A stretch of DNA of 64,000 nucleotides, from positions 224,001 through 288,000 of the forward strand of contig OY970340.1 of NCBI GenBank assembly GCA_963717465.1. Reading direction: 5' to 3'. Of this stretch, positions 52,685-64,000 are shown one piece after another (the first letter of the stretch is position 1; every line of letters starts with the position of its first letter). The notes under the pieces were generated by a model. That model did not search any database. It worked only from the letters and a program-made list of their open reading frames with translations, and had not been told where the DNA came from. The stretch is from Candidatus Bathyarchaeota archaeon. Its GTDB lineage: Archaea > Thermoproteota > Bathyarchaeia > Bathyarchaeales > Bathycorpusculaceae. Position numbers and translations under genes: made by a program.

Positions 52685-53812
52685 TTATTCGTTAATTCTA
52701 AATTTATTCGCAGGAATTTTTATAGTGAACCGTAGACCCTTGTTAGGTTTCCCGTTTTCCTCGATGGACCAGCCAAAAGAATCAATTATGCACATAGCTA
52801 AATACAGATTATTCTCATTTGCTTTTGCAATGTCTTTTTCAAAGAAATGATTTCTGCTTTGAGTTGTAATTTCTTTTACGTTATCTTCATAAATTAATGA
52901 TAAATCATTTCCGTCAGTTTTATAATAAAATCTTACTTGCGCTTTTCCTCCAGCGTATTTCAAGGTGCAATTAATTAAGTTGTAAATAACTTGACGGAAA
53001 AGTGGATTCGCCAAAACTTCTAATCCTTTAACTTTACAATCTATTTTAACGTTATTTATGCCACTTATTAATTTTGTTGCTTCAACAAATAAGCCATCCA
53101 CATCTACGAAGGATAATGCATCTTTATCTATCTGATGATAGACTGTTTCAAAATTAATAACCGACATGAGATCTCTTGAAGACTCATGCATCATATCTAA
53201 TATCTTTAAAGCTTCTTGATTATCGCTAATTTTTTTCCTTAATAAATAGATATAGCCGTTGTAAACTGCAAGCGTATTTCTGACGTTATATCTAGTCAAG
53301 CTACTAAGTACACGAATTTGGTCAACCAACTTTTCGATTCGTTCTTTTGAAGTTGAAATTGCTTCCACGTAACCAGCAAGTTCAGCCTCTAAATACTTTT
53401 GTTCGGTCAAATCGGTGAAAACAGTGACAGCTCCATTGAATTTACCATCTTTTTTAATTAAAGGATGGATCGTGGCAATGACAGGCACTTCTTGACCATC
53501 AAAGCTATTAACTTTCATTTCAAAAGATAAGCTCCCACCATTACTTATCTCATTGAGAATGTCGCTTGCTTGCTTTTCGGAAATTCCAGGCGATAAGAAT
53601 TCTTCAACACGATGCCCCATGATTTGTGATGCTGATAATCCGAATAATTTCTCTGCACCTTTATTCCAATAGTTTATTATGCCGTCTTTATCAGTTGCAA
53701 CTAATGCTTGCCCTATCGCCTCAAGTAACCGCATTCTATATGGTGAAAGAGTTCTAGCTCGTTTTTGCACTTGATCCTGTATCGCAGGCAAATCAGCTTC
53801 AGCTTCTTGCAT
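52685..53812 (-). CDS. PAS plus degenerate histidine-kinase-like protein
   Basis: Paralog of 21580-22943, but the H-box reads RYNVRN and the G boxes are lost. Confidence 0.8.
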   Translation of the reverse strand: MQEAEADLPAIQDQVQKRARTLSPYRMRLLEAIGQALVATDKDGIINYWNKGAEKLFGLSASQIMGHRVEEFLSPGISEKQASDILNEISNGGSLSFEMKVNSFDGQEVPVIATIHPLIKKDGKFNGAVTVFTDLTEQKYLEAELAGYVEAISTSKERIEKLVDQIRVLSSLTRYNVRNTLAVYNGYIYLLRKKISDNQEALKILDMMHESSRDLMSVINFETVYHQIDKDALSFVDVDGLFVEATKLISGINNVKIDCKVKGLEVLANPLFRQVIYNLINCTLKYAGGKAQVRFYYKTDGNDLSLIYEDNVKEITTQSRNHFFEKDIAKANENNLYLAMCIIDSFGWSIEENGKPNKGLRFTIKIPANKFRINE

Positions 53813-54403
53813 AATAGTGCGTCCAATTGGAAATACTATTTAATTCCAATAAATAGATATTATGAACAGTGGATATTAATTCATAATCAACGGTTTTAAG
53901 AATAATTGATTACGTTTTTATCAAAGTTCTATATAGTAAACATAACATGTTTTACTATTAAGTTAAAAAAATTTCGGGATTAAATTAGCAATTAAGTAAA
54001 TGCTAATCATTTGCTTCAATTTGTTTTAGACTGCTACCTATAATTGATTCAATTTCTTGAAAGCTTTCTGGCAAGATGAATCACTGAAGAACCAGTTATA
54101 ACCCATTTATGATAGCCCTTGTTTCAGAGACAACAAAAACTAAGCTACAGAATAAACAACAATAGCTCTACGCGAGGTTGAAAGTTCACACTCCACCATA
54201 TATCTATATTTACGCTCTTCCAAAGACCAGTAACCAAAAAAATGCGTCTTCAGTCATTCAGTCCAAGAACTGGCAGTTCTAATTACTTTAAAACGTTTGA
54301 TTTCCTTTTTAGATTTTGTTTTGCCGTTATTTGAAGGAAGCGTAAACTATTTTAGTTTACTGGGTATCAAGCATTTCAAATTAAGACTAATAGTGGCGTT
54401 TTT

Positions 54404-55255
54404 ATGACCCGACTGGAAGAAAATGAAAGACAAATTGATGATTACAGAAAGCAAGTTTTGGAACAAGATCAGCAGCTTAAAGTAAGAATGAGCAAAATCA
54501 AGCATAAGATTGCTATCATAAGTGGAAAAGGCGGTGTTGGAAAAAGCACTGTCACAGTCAATCTTGCTGTTACTTTTGCTCTTACCCATAAAGTCGGGAT
54601 TTTAGATGCAGATATTCATGGTCCAAGCATTCCCAAACTTCTCGGTTTAGAGGGTCAACTGGTTAAAGTTGGTCCTCCAGGGGCTTTTCCTGTGAAGGGT
54701 CCATCAGGCATAAAAGTCATGTCCATCGACTTTTTTTTAGCTGAACAAATGCCCGCCATCTGGCGTGGTCCTCTTAAGATGAGAGCTATTAAGCAGTTTT
54801 TGTCAGAAATTGTATGGGGCGAACTTGATTTTCTTTTTATTGATCTTCCGCCAGGAACAGGTGATGAACCGCTAAGCATCGCTCAGTTTTTGCCTGAAAT
54901 GGACGGAGTGATCATTGTCACAATGCCTTCCGAGCTTTCAAGTTCAATCGTTATAAAAGCCATCAAATTCGCTCAAAAATTAAACTTATCAATCATAGGC
55001 GTTGTAGAAAATATGAGCGGCTTCATTTGTCCCTTTTGCGGTGAAAAAACAGATATTTTCCGATCTGGCGGCGGAAAAGCAATGGCTGAGCAAGCAGGAG
55101 TACCATTCCTGGGAAGTATACCGATTGATCCCAAAGTAACTCTTGACTCAGATAAGGGTAAACCATTCGTCATTGAACATGAGGATTCCCCTGCAGCAAA
55201 AGCCATGGTGGAAATAGCCAAAAAAGTTGAAACAATTCTAAACAAAGCAAAATAA
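54404..55255 (+). CDS. Mrp/NBP35 (ApbC) Fe-S cluster carrier ATPase
   Basis: SGKGGVGKST, WRGP, DLPPGTGD, ENMS..CPFC. Confidence 0.93.
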   Translation: MTRLEENERQIDDYRKQVLEQDQQLKVRMSKIKHKIAIISGKGGVGKSTVTVNLAVTFALTHKVGILDADIHGPSIPKLLGLEGQLVKVGPPGAFPVKGPSGIKVMSIDFFLAEQMPAIWRGPLKMRAIKQFLSEIVWGELDFLFIDLPPGTGDEPLSIAQFLPEMDGVIIVTMPSELSSSIVIKAIKFAQKLNLSIIGVVENMSGFICPFCGEKTDIFRSGGGKAMAEQAGVPFLGSIPIDPKVTLDSDKGKPFVIEHEDSPAAKAMVEIAKKVETILNKAK

Positions 55256-55309
55256 GGTTTAGACTATCTGAAAGAAAGAAAAAAGATTCTTTGCCACATT
55301 TGTCAAACT

Positions 55310-55594
55310 TTATTTCATTAAAGTTATCTCTATCGTTGAAACCATTCTTGACCGGTTTTCGCCTTCTCGCGGGGGCATCTCCACCGTTCCAATATCGACC
55401 TTGCCAACTTTTAGCTCTTTGATAAATCGGTTCCTAGTTATTTCAGCAACGTCAACTGCCGTCGTAATTGCTTGACCTCTAGCCTTAAGCACAACCTCTT
55501 TTGTCACACCTGACGAGAAAGCAGTTATTATTGCTAGCACATAGCTCATAGGTGGTTTATTCCCAACGAAAATTACATCAGATTTTTCAGCCAT
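55310..55594 (-). CDS. albA: DNA/RNA-binding protein Alba
   Basis: VGNKP.MSYV, KARG.AI..AVDVAE, VSTIEI. Confidence 0.95.
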   Translation of the reverse strand: MAEKSDVIFVGNKPPMSYVLAIITAFSSGVTKEVVLKARGQAITTAVDVAEITRNRFIKELKVGKVDIGTVEMPPREGENRSRMVSTIEITLMK

Positions 55595-55832
55595 TTTATT
55601 TCCTCCTTTAACACTATCCCCATTTGTTCGTAATGTTGATCATCGCCTCATTGAGAGGAATGATATGGCTGATATATTAGGTAAGCTTCCTTATAAATAA
55701 AATGAAAAAGCAAAAAATCTGCGATTTAACAGCGTTTCTTAAACGCTTTTATCATCGTTTTGAATTTTTTAAAAAAACGTTAAACCTTTATACTTCGCTC
55801 GAAAAGAATGAGTGAAAACAGGAAGCGCATAA

Positions 55833-56603
55833 ATGTCTGTTTCACCAAGCATCCGAGAAGTTTTAGCAAGAAGAATCGCTGGAGAGATAATTCTTTCAGG
55901 GAAACCAGGCGCCACGATGCGTAAATGGCGTGAACTTTTTGCTGTTTCACAAATTAATCTTTCAGAAAAAATGGCGCTTTCCTCATCTGTAATTAGTGAC
56001 TACGAAAGCAGCAGAAGAAAAAGCCCGGGAGCAAAATTCATTCGGCGATTTGTGTTAGCTCTTTTGCAAATCGACGAGGAGAAAGGAAGCCGCTTCACAA
56101 GGGAATTTGCGAAACTGACAAGTTCGCCGAGTATGGCCGTTTTGGATTTAAGAGAATTTCCCATTCCTGTGCGGGTTGAATACTTGTGCAAAGCTATCAA
56201 CGGTGAAGTAGTTGCTTGCAAGGAAAAGTCCGTTCGGGAAGTTAACGGGTACACGGTGATTGATAGTAGAAAAGCAGTTGAAGCTCTATCAGGATTAGAA
56301 TATGCGCAACTTTTCGGGGCTACAACCGAACGAGCATTGGTCTTCACTAATGTAGAAACTGGGTGTTTGCCGATGATGATCGTACGGGTAAGCAGCCTAA
56401 AACCTCGCGTCGTAGTTTTTCACCGCACCAAGCCTGATGAAGAAGCATTAAGATTGGCTGAATACGAGCAGATACCTTTGATTTATTCAACATCACCAAG
56501 CGTTGAGCAACTGGTAAAATCGCTCCGAAAACTTTACCGAATTGCTTTGCGTATCAAGCTTGGGAAAAAACGTGTTCGACCACCGCCGAAAATAAGCGCC
56601 TAA
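55833..56603 (+). CDS. Conserved archaeal HTH transcriptional regulator (COG1709-like)
   Basis: IAGEI.LS..PG.TMRKWRE.F, ISDYE, GYTVIDS. Confidence 0.85.
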   Translation: MSVSPSIREVLARRIAGEIILSGKPGATMRKWRELFAVSQINLSEKMALSSSVISDYESSRRKSPGAKFIRRFVLALLQIDEEKGSRFTREFAKLTSSPSMAVLDLREFPIPVRVEYLCKAINGEVVACKEKSVREVNGYTVIDSRKAVEALSGLEYAQLFGATTERALVFTNVETGCLPMMIVRVSSLKPRVVVFHRTKPDEEALRLAEYEQIPLIYSTSPSVEQLVKSLRKLYRIALRIKLGKKRVRPPPKISA

Positions 56604-56665
56604 GAAATAACCAGATAGCAAATGATAAAAGGTTGCTGTGTTAACCTCAAAGTGGTAGACAGGTT

Positions 56666-57190
56666 ATGACTAATCGTGGCCTTTATGTTGGCAGGTTTCA
56701 ACCGTTTCATATGGGACATTTAGAAGCTATAAAAGAGGCGTTAGAAGAAATTGACGAATTAGTAATTGTCATAGGAAGCGCTCAGTACAGCCACAACTTG
56801 AATAACCCGTTTACTGCCGGCGAAAGGTTAGTCATGATTCGTCGTTCTTTAGAGGAAGCAGGTGTTGATTACACAAAAGTTTGGATTGTTCCGGTCCCAG
56901 ATGTTCATTTGCACATGCTTTGGGTGAGTGCACTTGAAGGTTACACGCCACACTTTGACAAAGTTTACTCTAACGAACCTTTAACCCGCAGGCTTTTCAT
57001 GGAAGCAGGTTATGAAGTTAAGAGCTTAAAATTATTTGAAAGAAAAGTGTACATGTCGACTGTCATCCGAGAAAAAATGCTAAAGGATGACAGCTGGGCA
57101 AAACTGGTTCCTAAAAGTGTTGCAGACTTCGTTAGGAAGATTGATGGAATCAATCGGATAAGAGATTTGGTGCGCACGGATAAGGGTTAA
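56666..57190 (+). CDS. nadM: Nicotinamide-nucleotide adenylyltransferase
   Basis: GRFQPFH.GH, IGSAQ, NPFTAGER. Confidence 0.93.
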   Translation: MTNRGLYVGRFQPFHMGHLEAIKEALEEIDELVIVIGSAQYSHNLNNPFTAGERLVMIRRSLEEAGVDYTKVWIVPVPDVHLHMLWVSALEGYTPHFDKVYSNEPLTRRLFMEAGYEVKSLKLFERKVYMSTVIREKMLKDDSWAKLVPKSVADFVRKIDGINRIRDLVRTDKG

Positions 57191-57212
57191 AGCTAAAAAT
57201 TTTTGTTTAGAG

Positions 57213-57776
57213 TTATATTACAACTTTTTCGTCTGAAGCTTTATGATAGAAGTGCCAAGCAAGCAGAAAAGTAGTTATGACAATGATTACTTGCACAAAT
57301 AATCCGAAGAGCAAGAAGCTAGAAAAAGCTACTAAGTTAATTAGCATATGAAGCATTACGGCAAGCAAATAGTAGGGTAGAGCTCTCTTTTTGGAAATTC
57401 CGTATGCAGTTATGCTTGCACTGGAAGCATGAAAGATTACTCCGGGTATCCTGTCGATTATAGGTACGCCTAACACTACAACATATAATACTAGTTCGGT
57501 GATTCCGAAGCCAAGTCCCACCAGGATTCCTAAGGTTACGATTGATCTTTCTGTTTCGCCATGTCTGTAGAATAGCGGGTATACTTTAGCTAATTCTTCT
57601 ATGAAAGGAGCAAATAATACAGCTGACCAAATTACGGGCAGATAAGCGTAGAACTGGGAGAAAAATAAGGCGAATGGAACACTAACTAATAAGCCGGATA
57701 GTAAGAAGAAAGCCTTTTCTTTTATGTCAGGTTTATGAATTGGAATAACGCATGTGCGTTCTTGGTTAGCTGTCAA
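57213..57776 (-). CDS. PrsW-family intramembrane metalloprotease
   Basis: APFIEELAK, GFGITE, H, H motifs. Confidence 0.85.
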   Translation of the reverse strand: MTANQERTCVIPIHKPDIKEKAFFLLSGLLVSVPFALFFSQFYAYLPVIWSAVLFAPFIEELAKVYPLFYRHGETERSIVTLGILVGLGFGITELVLYVVVLGVPIIDRIPGVIFHASSASITAYGISKKRALPYYLLAVMLHMLINLVAFSSFLLFGLFVQVIIVITTFLLAWHFYHKASDEKVVI

Positions 57777-57838
57777 AAGGTCATCTTCAACAAGTAATTA
57801 ACCATCAACTTGTTAATCAATTTTACCGCTTAACGGAA

Positions 57839-59214
57839 TCAAAAACCAGCGTTAATAGGGTTAATAGGCTTCATTAATTCCCTTAAAAATACTGTGGCGT
57901 ATGACCCACGGTGCAGCATGAAACTTAGAACAAGCTCATCGCAATTATCAGCAGTCTCTGAACCAGTCCGCAACTCGAAATTCTTAACTGGAGCAAATTA
58001 TTGCCCGCACTCCACCCCGTAGACTAGCCATTGAGAAACCGTTAACTCGAAAATCAGCCACGCCAACGCATTCTTCTTCAAGAACGTCTTGCTCTATTTT
58101 CCCCATAACACCCTTAGACAGTTTCTGTTTAATGCCATACTATTGGAAGGGCGATTCTCATTCTACCAGTCTTTATAGATTCGTTTGTCTTTGCCAAATC
58201 AAGTGAAGAGACAATTCTTGGAGTTTTAACGATTGGCAGTCCTGAACGCTCAACATCAACTACGTAATCTCCAATTTCAGCCTTGCTTAATGACAAGCCA
58301 TGTTTAATTCGTTCGCTTAGGAAACGGTTAAACAAGTATGATTGATATGCCTGAACAAAAAGCTCTTGAAGCTTAACAGGCAATCTTTTAAATGCACCTA
58401 AATAATCATTCGGATGCTCAACTAAGTAATTAATCATCAACCTTTCAAAACGCAGTTGCTTTGGAAAATCCTTTTGAGCCTTCAGAAAATTCATTGTTAA
58501 ACTTAAGTTCCAAACGTGCTTGCCTGGATGCAGGATGCTCATGAACACTTGGCTTAGCAAGAAAAATCATTACGGCTTCTTCAAATAACCCTTTAGAGAT
58601 GGCTTTTCCAACTAAATGTGTTATAGGACGGGTTGTTCCGAAACGTTGATGCCCAAAAAAATTTGGGATACCCCCACATGCTTCCAACTCCAGCATCGCC
58701 TGCTCAACTCTGTCTTTAATTGTTTGATGCGGATAGTTTTATTGATTTTATTTTAATCGTAAAGTGGTTTCCCAGCAGGTAGTATGATGAAAGTGAATTG
58801 CGAACGTATCCAATAGGATGAATTTCTATGTCTTTGACGTTTATTTTTGATACATCTTCAGGTGAAGCTTCTTCAATAGTAACATGCTGAGCGGTTATGG
58901 CTTTAGCATCTTTTATGCCTGCAATTTGAATTCGTTTTCTGATCAATGTTTAACTGTTTAGAAATGTTTTTAATTGCAATAAACGTGTCCCAGTTACGCT
59001 TGACAAGCACGCAAATTAAATATTGTTGCTTTTGAAGGGTGGAGCCTAAAATGCTTTTTGAAACTTCACCTTGAACATTTGCTTTTGAACCATCAACAAG
59101 AACTTCTTCAACAACGAAATCTTCAACAGATTCACGAATAACTCCACCTAAACCCAATGTTTTAGTGCAGTATACTTCTATTCCGAGTTCCTTGTCAATT
59201 TCTGGTACAGGCAA
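57839..59214 (-). CDS. truD: tRNA pseudouridine(13) synthase, multiple frameshifts
   Basis: EDFVVEE, AGIKDAKAIT.Q, PNFFG.QRFG, AYQSYLFN, GSYAT. Confidence 0.92.
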
Positions 59215-59228
59215 GAATATCTACGCGC

Positions 59229-59591
59229 CTACAATAACGGAAGTTTACCAGTTAGACGATTAATCTTGTCTTCCGGTGCAGGACCAATTCCAAGACACGT
59301 TACTGTACCCGCTGGGATCTCCGTTAACCCCCTATCGACAATCAAAGCGTGAGGCAAACCTAAATCTTTAGCTGCCGCTTCTAACTCACTTAATTCTTTT
59401 TCATCTTTAACCTTAACTGCAATTTTACGTTGACCCTCAAAAAGCCATGCTTCCCACCATTTCTTATGCCGCGCGTAAGCGTCTTGAGCTGCTGAAACAG
59501 CTGCGTGCCCAGCTTGAGCTGCAATTTTGCCTTTGCTCATTTTTAAATCAGCACGAAACACCAGAACTTGCTTATACTCAAATTCACTCAT
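59229..59591 (-). CDS. pth2: Peptidyl-tRNA hydrolase 2
   Basis: KQVLV.R.DLKMSKGK.AAQ.GHA, DRGLTEI, GIGP. Confidence 0.95.
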   Translation of the reverse strand: MSEFEYKQVLVFRADLKMSKGKIAAQAGHAAVSAAQDAYARHKKWWEAWLFEGQRKIAVKVKDEKELSELEAAAKDLGLPHALIVDRGLTEIPAGTVTCLGIGPAPEDKINRLTGKLPLL

Positions 59592-59850
59592 AGCCTTACC
59601 GTTATCTCCTAAACATGACATGTCTTATTTTAAAGTTAACGATAGAGCGATTCAGTTAAAGAATTGCTTTCACGTAATTCAGATTAATGAAAGTATGTTG
59701 CATCGATTTTTCAGGATATTTTTTTAACTTAAGTGCGAGCCTTAACGTCATTTGCCAAGAACAAGGCAGTTTGCATCAAAAAACCGATTGATTGATTTGT
59801 TAAAAATATAAAAGGAAGTTTTTATCTACTTTAATTAAAGGGATTTTGAG

Positions 59851-62271
59851 ATGATTAAACAAATTATCAGCTGAAAAACTAAGAAATGAATGCGACGTTA
59901 ATTTTTTGCATTGTGAATCAACCAAGGATCTCAAACCGCTAAGCGAAATCATTGGTCAAGAAAGAGCAGTGCGCTCTTTAAAGTTTGGTTTAGGAATAAA
60001 AAATCACGGTTTTAACATTTACGTTGCTGGTTACCCTGGCACAGGCAGGAAAACTGCAATTAAGAGTTTTGTTGAACAACTTGCTCAAAAACAGCCAGTA
60101 CCGCCAGACTGGTGTTACGTTAACAATTTTGCTAATCAATATGAGCCAAAAGCTATAAAATTGCCAGCTGGAAAAGGGAAAGAGTTTCAAGAAGATATTA
60201 AAAACTTAATTGAAAACATTCGAAATGCATTGCCTAAAGCTTTTGAAAGCGAAGATTACGCAGCTAGAAGAGAAGCAACTCTTAGAGGGTTAGAGAGCCA
60301 AAGGAAAGAATTAATTGATCAATTAAACGCGAAGGCACAACAAGAGGGTTTTGTTATTCAGGCAACGCAAATTGGAGTGCTTCTCATTCCAGTGCTGGAC
60401 GGTAAACCGTTAAGTGAAGAGGAAATAATGGCGTTGCCGCAGAAGATTAAGGATAAACTTCAAGAAAAACACGATAAACTTGAAGTAGAACTCAGGAATA
60501 CAATGAGACAAATTTTAGATATGGAAAGAAAGATTGTTGATGCAGTTAAGAAGCTTAACAGGGAAATTGCGCTTTTTTCTATTGGGAATCAGATTGAAAA
60601 CATTAGAGAGAAGTATAAGGAAATTCCTGAAATTATCGCTTATCTTAAGGATTTAGAAAACGATATTTTAGATAACTTGCAAAAATTTATCAGAATCGGG
60701 GAACCACAGCAACAGCAATCTCACGCTTTCTATGCCTTGGGCAAGGGAAGACCCCTTCAAGAAATATGCTGTTAACGTGATCATTGATAACTCGAACCTT
60801 AAGGGTGCACCTGTAATAATGGAGTTTAACCCAACTTACCCAAACCTTTTTGGCAGGACAGAAAAGGAAGCCCAGTTTGGAGCCCTTACCACTGATTTCA
60901 CTATGATTCGCGCAGGAGCTTTACACAAAGCTAACGGTGGATATTTGATTATTCCGGTTGAACAGTTGCTCCGTAATCCATACTCTTATGACGCTTTAAA
61001 ACGGGATATTAGAGATAGAAATATTTCTTTAGAAGAACCAGAAGAAAGATACGGCTTCCTCAGCGTGAAAACCCTTAAACCTCAACCAATCCCGTTGAAC
61101 GCGAAAATAATTTTGATTGGGAATCCGCAGATTTATCAGGCATTATTCAGTTTGGACATGGATTTCAGAGAACTCTTTAAGGTTAAAGCTGAATTTGACA
61201 CAACAATGGAGAGAAATGACGAGAACGTAAAGTTGTATGGCGCTTTTGTTTGCACGCTTTGCGAAAAAGAGAACCTTAAACATCTTGACGGTTCAGGCTT
61301 TAGCTAAACTCATCGAATTCAGCTCTAGAATAGCTGAAGACCAATACAAGTTGTCAACGCAATTTTCATTAGTTGCTGATGTTATGCGTGAATCAAACTT
61401 TTATGCTGAACAAGAAAACTCACAATTCATAACTGGTAGTCACATTAAAAAAGCGATAGAAGAGAGACTTTACCGTTCAAAGTTGATTCAAGAAAAAATT
61501 CAAGAAATGATTAAAAGAGGATTCTTCCTAATCGACACTGTTTCTGAAAAAGTCGGGCAAGTTAACGGATTATCAGTTATGGGACTTGGCGATTTCGCTT
61601 TTGGAAACCCATCACGTGTCACCGTAAGCATAGGATTAGGACGAGAAGGAGTTATTGACATTGAACGCGAAGCTAAAATGGGCGGCCCAATTCACACTAA
61701 AGGAGTCTTGATTCTCAGCGGTTACCTAAATGACAAATATGCTAAAGATAAACCGTTAAGCCTTTCTGCACGACTTGTGTTTGAACAAAATTATGAAGGA
61801 ATTGAAGGCGATAGCGCTTCAAGCACAGAATTATACTCGATACTGTCAGCGCTTTCTGGGTTACCCATAAAACAAAACATTGCAGTAACAGGCTCAGTTA
61901 ACCAGAAAGGAGAAGTTCAAGCGATAGGCGGCGTAAACGAGAAAATCGAAGGTTTCTTTGAAGTCTGCAAAGTGAAAGGATTCAATGGCAATGAAGGCGT
62001 AATGATACCGGACAGCAACGTCCAAAATCTGATGCTGAAAGAAGAAATAGTTGACGCGGTGAAAGCAGGAAAATTCAACATTTACTCGGTTAAGACTATT
62101 GATGAGGGTATTGAAGTTCTTACTGGAGTAAAAGCAGGAGACCGACGTGCCGACGGAACCTTTGAGGCTGGAACAGTGAATTACAGAGTAAATAAAGAGC
62201 TTGAGAACATGGCTAATAAACTCAGAGAATACCCATTAATTCCAGCGCAAGAGAAAAAAGATGAAAGCTAA
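59851..62271 (+). CDS. Lon-like S16 protease (AAA + coiled coil + Lon_C), frameshifted
   Basis: IGQERA, GALHKANGG, EQNY..IEGDSAS, GGVNEK (Ser-Lys dyad). Confidence 0.9.
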
Positions 62272-62900
62272 ATTTCATTTTTAATTGGCACAATTTTCTA
62301 TTTTTTTTAATATGTATTTCAAATACTTATTCTAAGCAAACAAAGCTTATTTCGTCAAAATCTTTGAAGTGTATTCGGTGCAAACATTTGGCGAAAAATA
62401 AGGGCAAACCGAGACGACGAAAAATGCTTTTCTTACTTTTCCCACTTCTTGCTATAATCTTCTTGATCGGATGGACATTGTACATGCTCGGTGAAGAACA
62501 ATGCAAAACAATCGAATAAGAAGAGAACGATTGCTCCACCTAAAAAAGATAACGTTCACTTTATGCCCAATATATCCAGCGATGAAAAGGAAGTAATAGC
62601 AGAATAAAAAATTTTTCTTTTTTCGTTATTTGCTTTGTTGTTGCCTTTGCACAACCACAACTCCATTTATAGCCGAAAAAGATTTTGTTAATGTTGCGAG
62701 AGAAATAGCCATCCAAGAGATACACCCAACAGCTTGGCGGGTCAGCAGTTCCCAAGATGAGGATTCAGGGATCGCTTTCGGGGCTGTTTTTTCGATCCTC
62801 ATCTATGGGAACAGTTGCGATCCGCTAAGCCTTACTTTTGGAAAAGAATTGTTAACATTATTAGGGATTAAATAGTAATTCTGTTTTTTGTGAGTTAGCG

Positions 62901-63251
62901 TTGGGTTACAAAAATCGCATGCATCCTAAAGTCAGCAATGCCGAAATTGAATTATTCAAAGCGTTAAGTGCTGCAGACTTAACTGGAGGCATGGTTACAC
63001 AAAAAACAATTATCCTTAAGTCAACTATTCCAGACTTCTGTTGGCTTAACAAGAAAAAAGCCGTTTACTTAGATGGACTGCAAGTTCATTCAAAAGAAAA
63101 AACGGAAAAAAGAGATAAAGAAATTGACGGCTTACTGAAAGCGAATGGTTGGGAAGTACTCAGAATCCCATACGATCCGCCTTTGACTGCCGATTCTTTG
63201 AAAGAGATTGTTGAGTCAATAAAACGATTTGTCGGATTCGACGAGGAATGA
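62901..63251 (+). CDS. Vsr/DUF559-like endonuclease domain protein
   Basis: SNAE, PDF, LDG..H, RD...L...GW.VLRI. Confidence 0.75.
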   Translation: MGYKNRMHPKVSNAEIELFKALSAADLTGGMVTQKTIILKSTIPDFCWLNKKKAVYLDGLQVHSKEKTEKRDKEIDGLLKANGWEVLRIPYDPPLTADSLKEIVESIKRFVGFDEE

Positions 63252-63313
63252 GAATAGAATCCAAGATATCACTAAAAGCAAGTTGCTTAAGATTTGAATA
63301 ATATTTGAATTAT

Positions 63314-63973
63314 TTACTTTCGTTTATTTTGAAGGCGCTTTATTGTTCTTTCAAAGTTTAGTTTGAATGGCACTGGTTTGCCGTAAGCTGTGCATTTTTT
63401 GTTGAGGATTGCTTTAGTTATGGCTTCAAGGTTTGGCTCGGCTTCGATGACAGTGTACCCGCAGCCGATGGCTGGTCCGTAATGAGCGTCAGTGCCGCCG
63501 ACTGTTGGAAGACCAAGTTTTTCTGCGACTTCAGTTGCTTTCCTCTTGCTGTAGTTAAATGGGAAGGCTGAAGCGTTTATGGTTTCGATTGCATCAAATT
63601 TGCTTGTTACATGTTTGTTAAGGCTTCCTTTGAACAGAGCGTAAGGGTGACAGGCAACGGCTAATCCGCCTGCTTCATGTATTCTGTCCACTGTTTCTTG
63701 CGCAGTTAAGCCTCGTGGAATTAATGTTTCAAGGTTAAGAGCAACTATATGTCCGTCTGCGCTTGAAACCTCCATGCCTGGAATAACGAGAAAATCTGTT
63801 TCCTTAGCAATCTTAAGCGCGCCCTCAATTGTATTGTGGTCTGTTACTGCTACTGCGTTTAACCCGTTCTTTTTCGCGTAAAAAATTAGTTCTTTCGGCG
63901 TGATTAGTGAATCTGAAGAATAATTCGTGTGCACATGGAGGTCGGCGACGACGGGCAATGTTTTTAGCCTCAT
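63314..63973 (-). CDS. PHP domain metal-dependent phosphoesterase
   Basis: DLHVHT..S.D, VTDHN, GME, GTDAH. Confidence 0.92.
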   Translation of the reverse strand: MRLKTLPVVADLHVHTNYSSDSLITPKELIFYAKKNGLNAVAVTDHNTIEGALKIAKETDFLVIPGMEVSSADGHIVALNLETLIPRGLTAQETVDRIHEAGGLAVACHPYALFKGSLNKHVTSKFDAIETINASAFPFNYSKRKATEVAEKLGLPTVGGTDAHYGPAIGCGYTVIEAEPNLEAITKAILNKKCTAYGKPVPFKLNFERTIKRLQNKRK

Positions 63974-64000
63974 TTGTTTATGTTTTTGATGTTTGACCTC

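Noticed and set aside
12771..62271. Widespread pseudogenisation or programmed frameshifting (copA, kinases, polB2, rpl3, eif2g, truD, Lon-like)
   Set aside because: Breaks hit essential genes as isolated single-base indels with otherwise conserved sequence, which fits long-read error better than biology.
62327..62875. Short overlapping ORFs between the Lon-like and Vsr-like genes
   Set aside because: No family signature; a real gene could not be distinguished from noise.

Overview
Archaeal chromosome segment. The gene families and signal-peptide style suggest Bathyarchaeia (inference). Many genes, including essential ones (rpl3, eif2g), carry single-base frameshifts, so most breaks are probably long-read errors. 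1-12.5 kb is a decayed integration hotspot: PD-(D/E)XK and PLD nucleases, an integrase remnant, three tRNA 3'-end relics, a terminase nuclease fragment, an mrfAB-like helicase/exonuclease pair and several toxin-antitoxin genes. The most notable feature is a complete 4,338-bp IS6-family cargo transposon (14978-19315) upstream of a CopA-like ATPase gene. It has 14-bp terminal inverted repeats, an 8-bp target duplication and three-copy subterminal repeat arrays at both ends. It encodes a SWIM-finger DDE transposase, a wHTH protein, a methyltransferase with an extra N-terminal domain, a putative restriction endonuclease and two paralogous stand-alone B3/EcoRII-N-like proteins. Twin palindromic operators lie between the transposase and the methyltransferase. 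The remainder is mostly core: infB, a PolB2 operon, the L3-L4-L23-L2-S19 cluster, the S6e-aIF2gamma-rpoE cluster, alba, nadM, truD, pth2 and a Lon-like protease. Also present are PAS histidine kinases (one degenerate), a redox cassette nested in a split aldo/keto reductase gene and an unexplained structured intergenic element near 26.5 kb.
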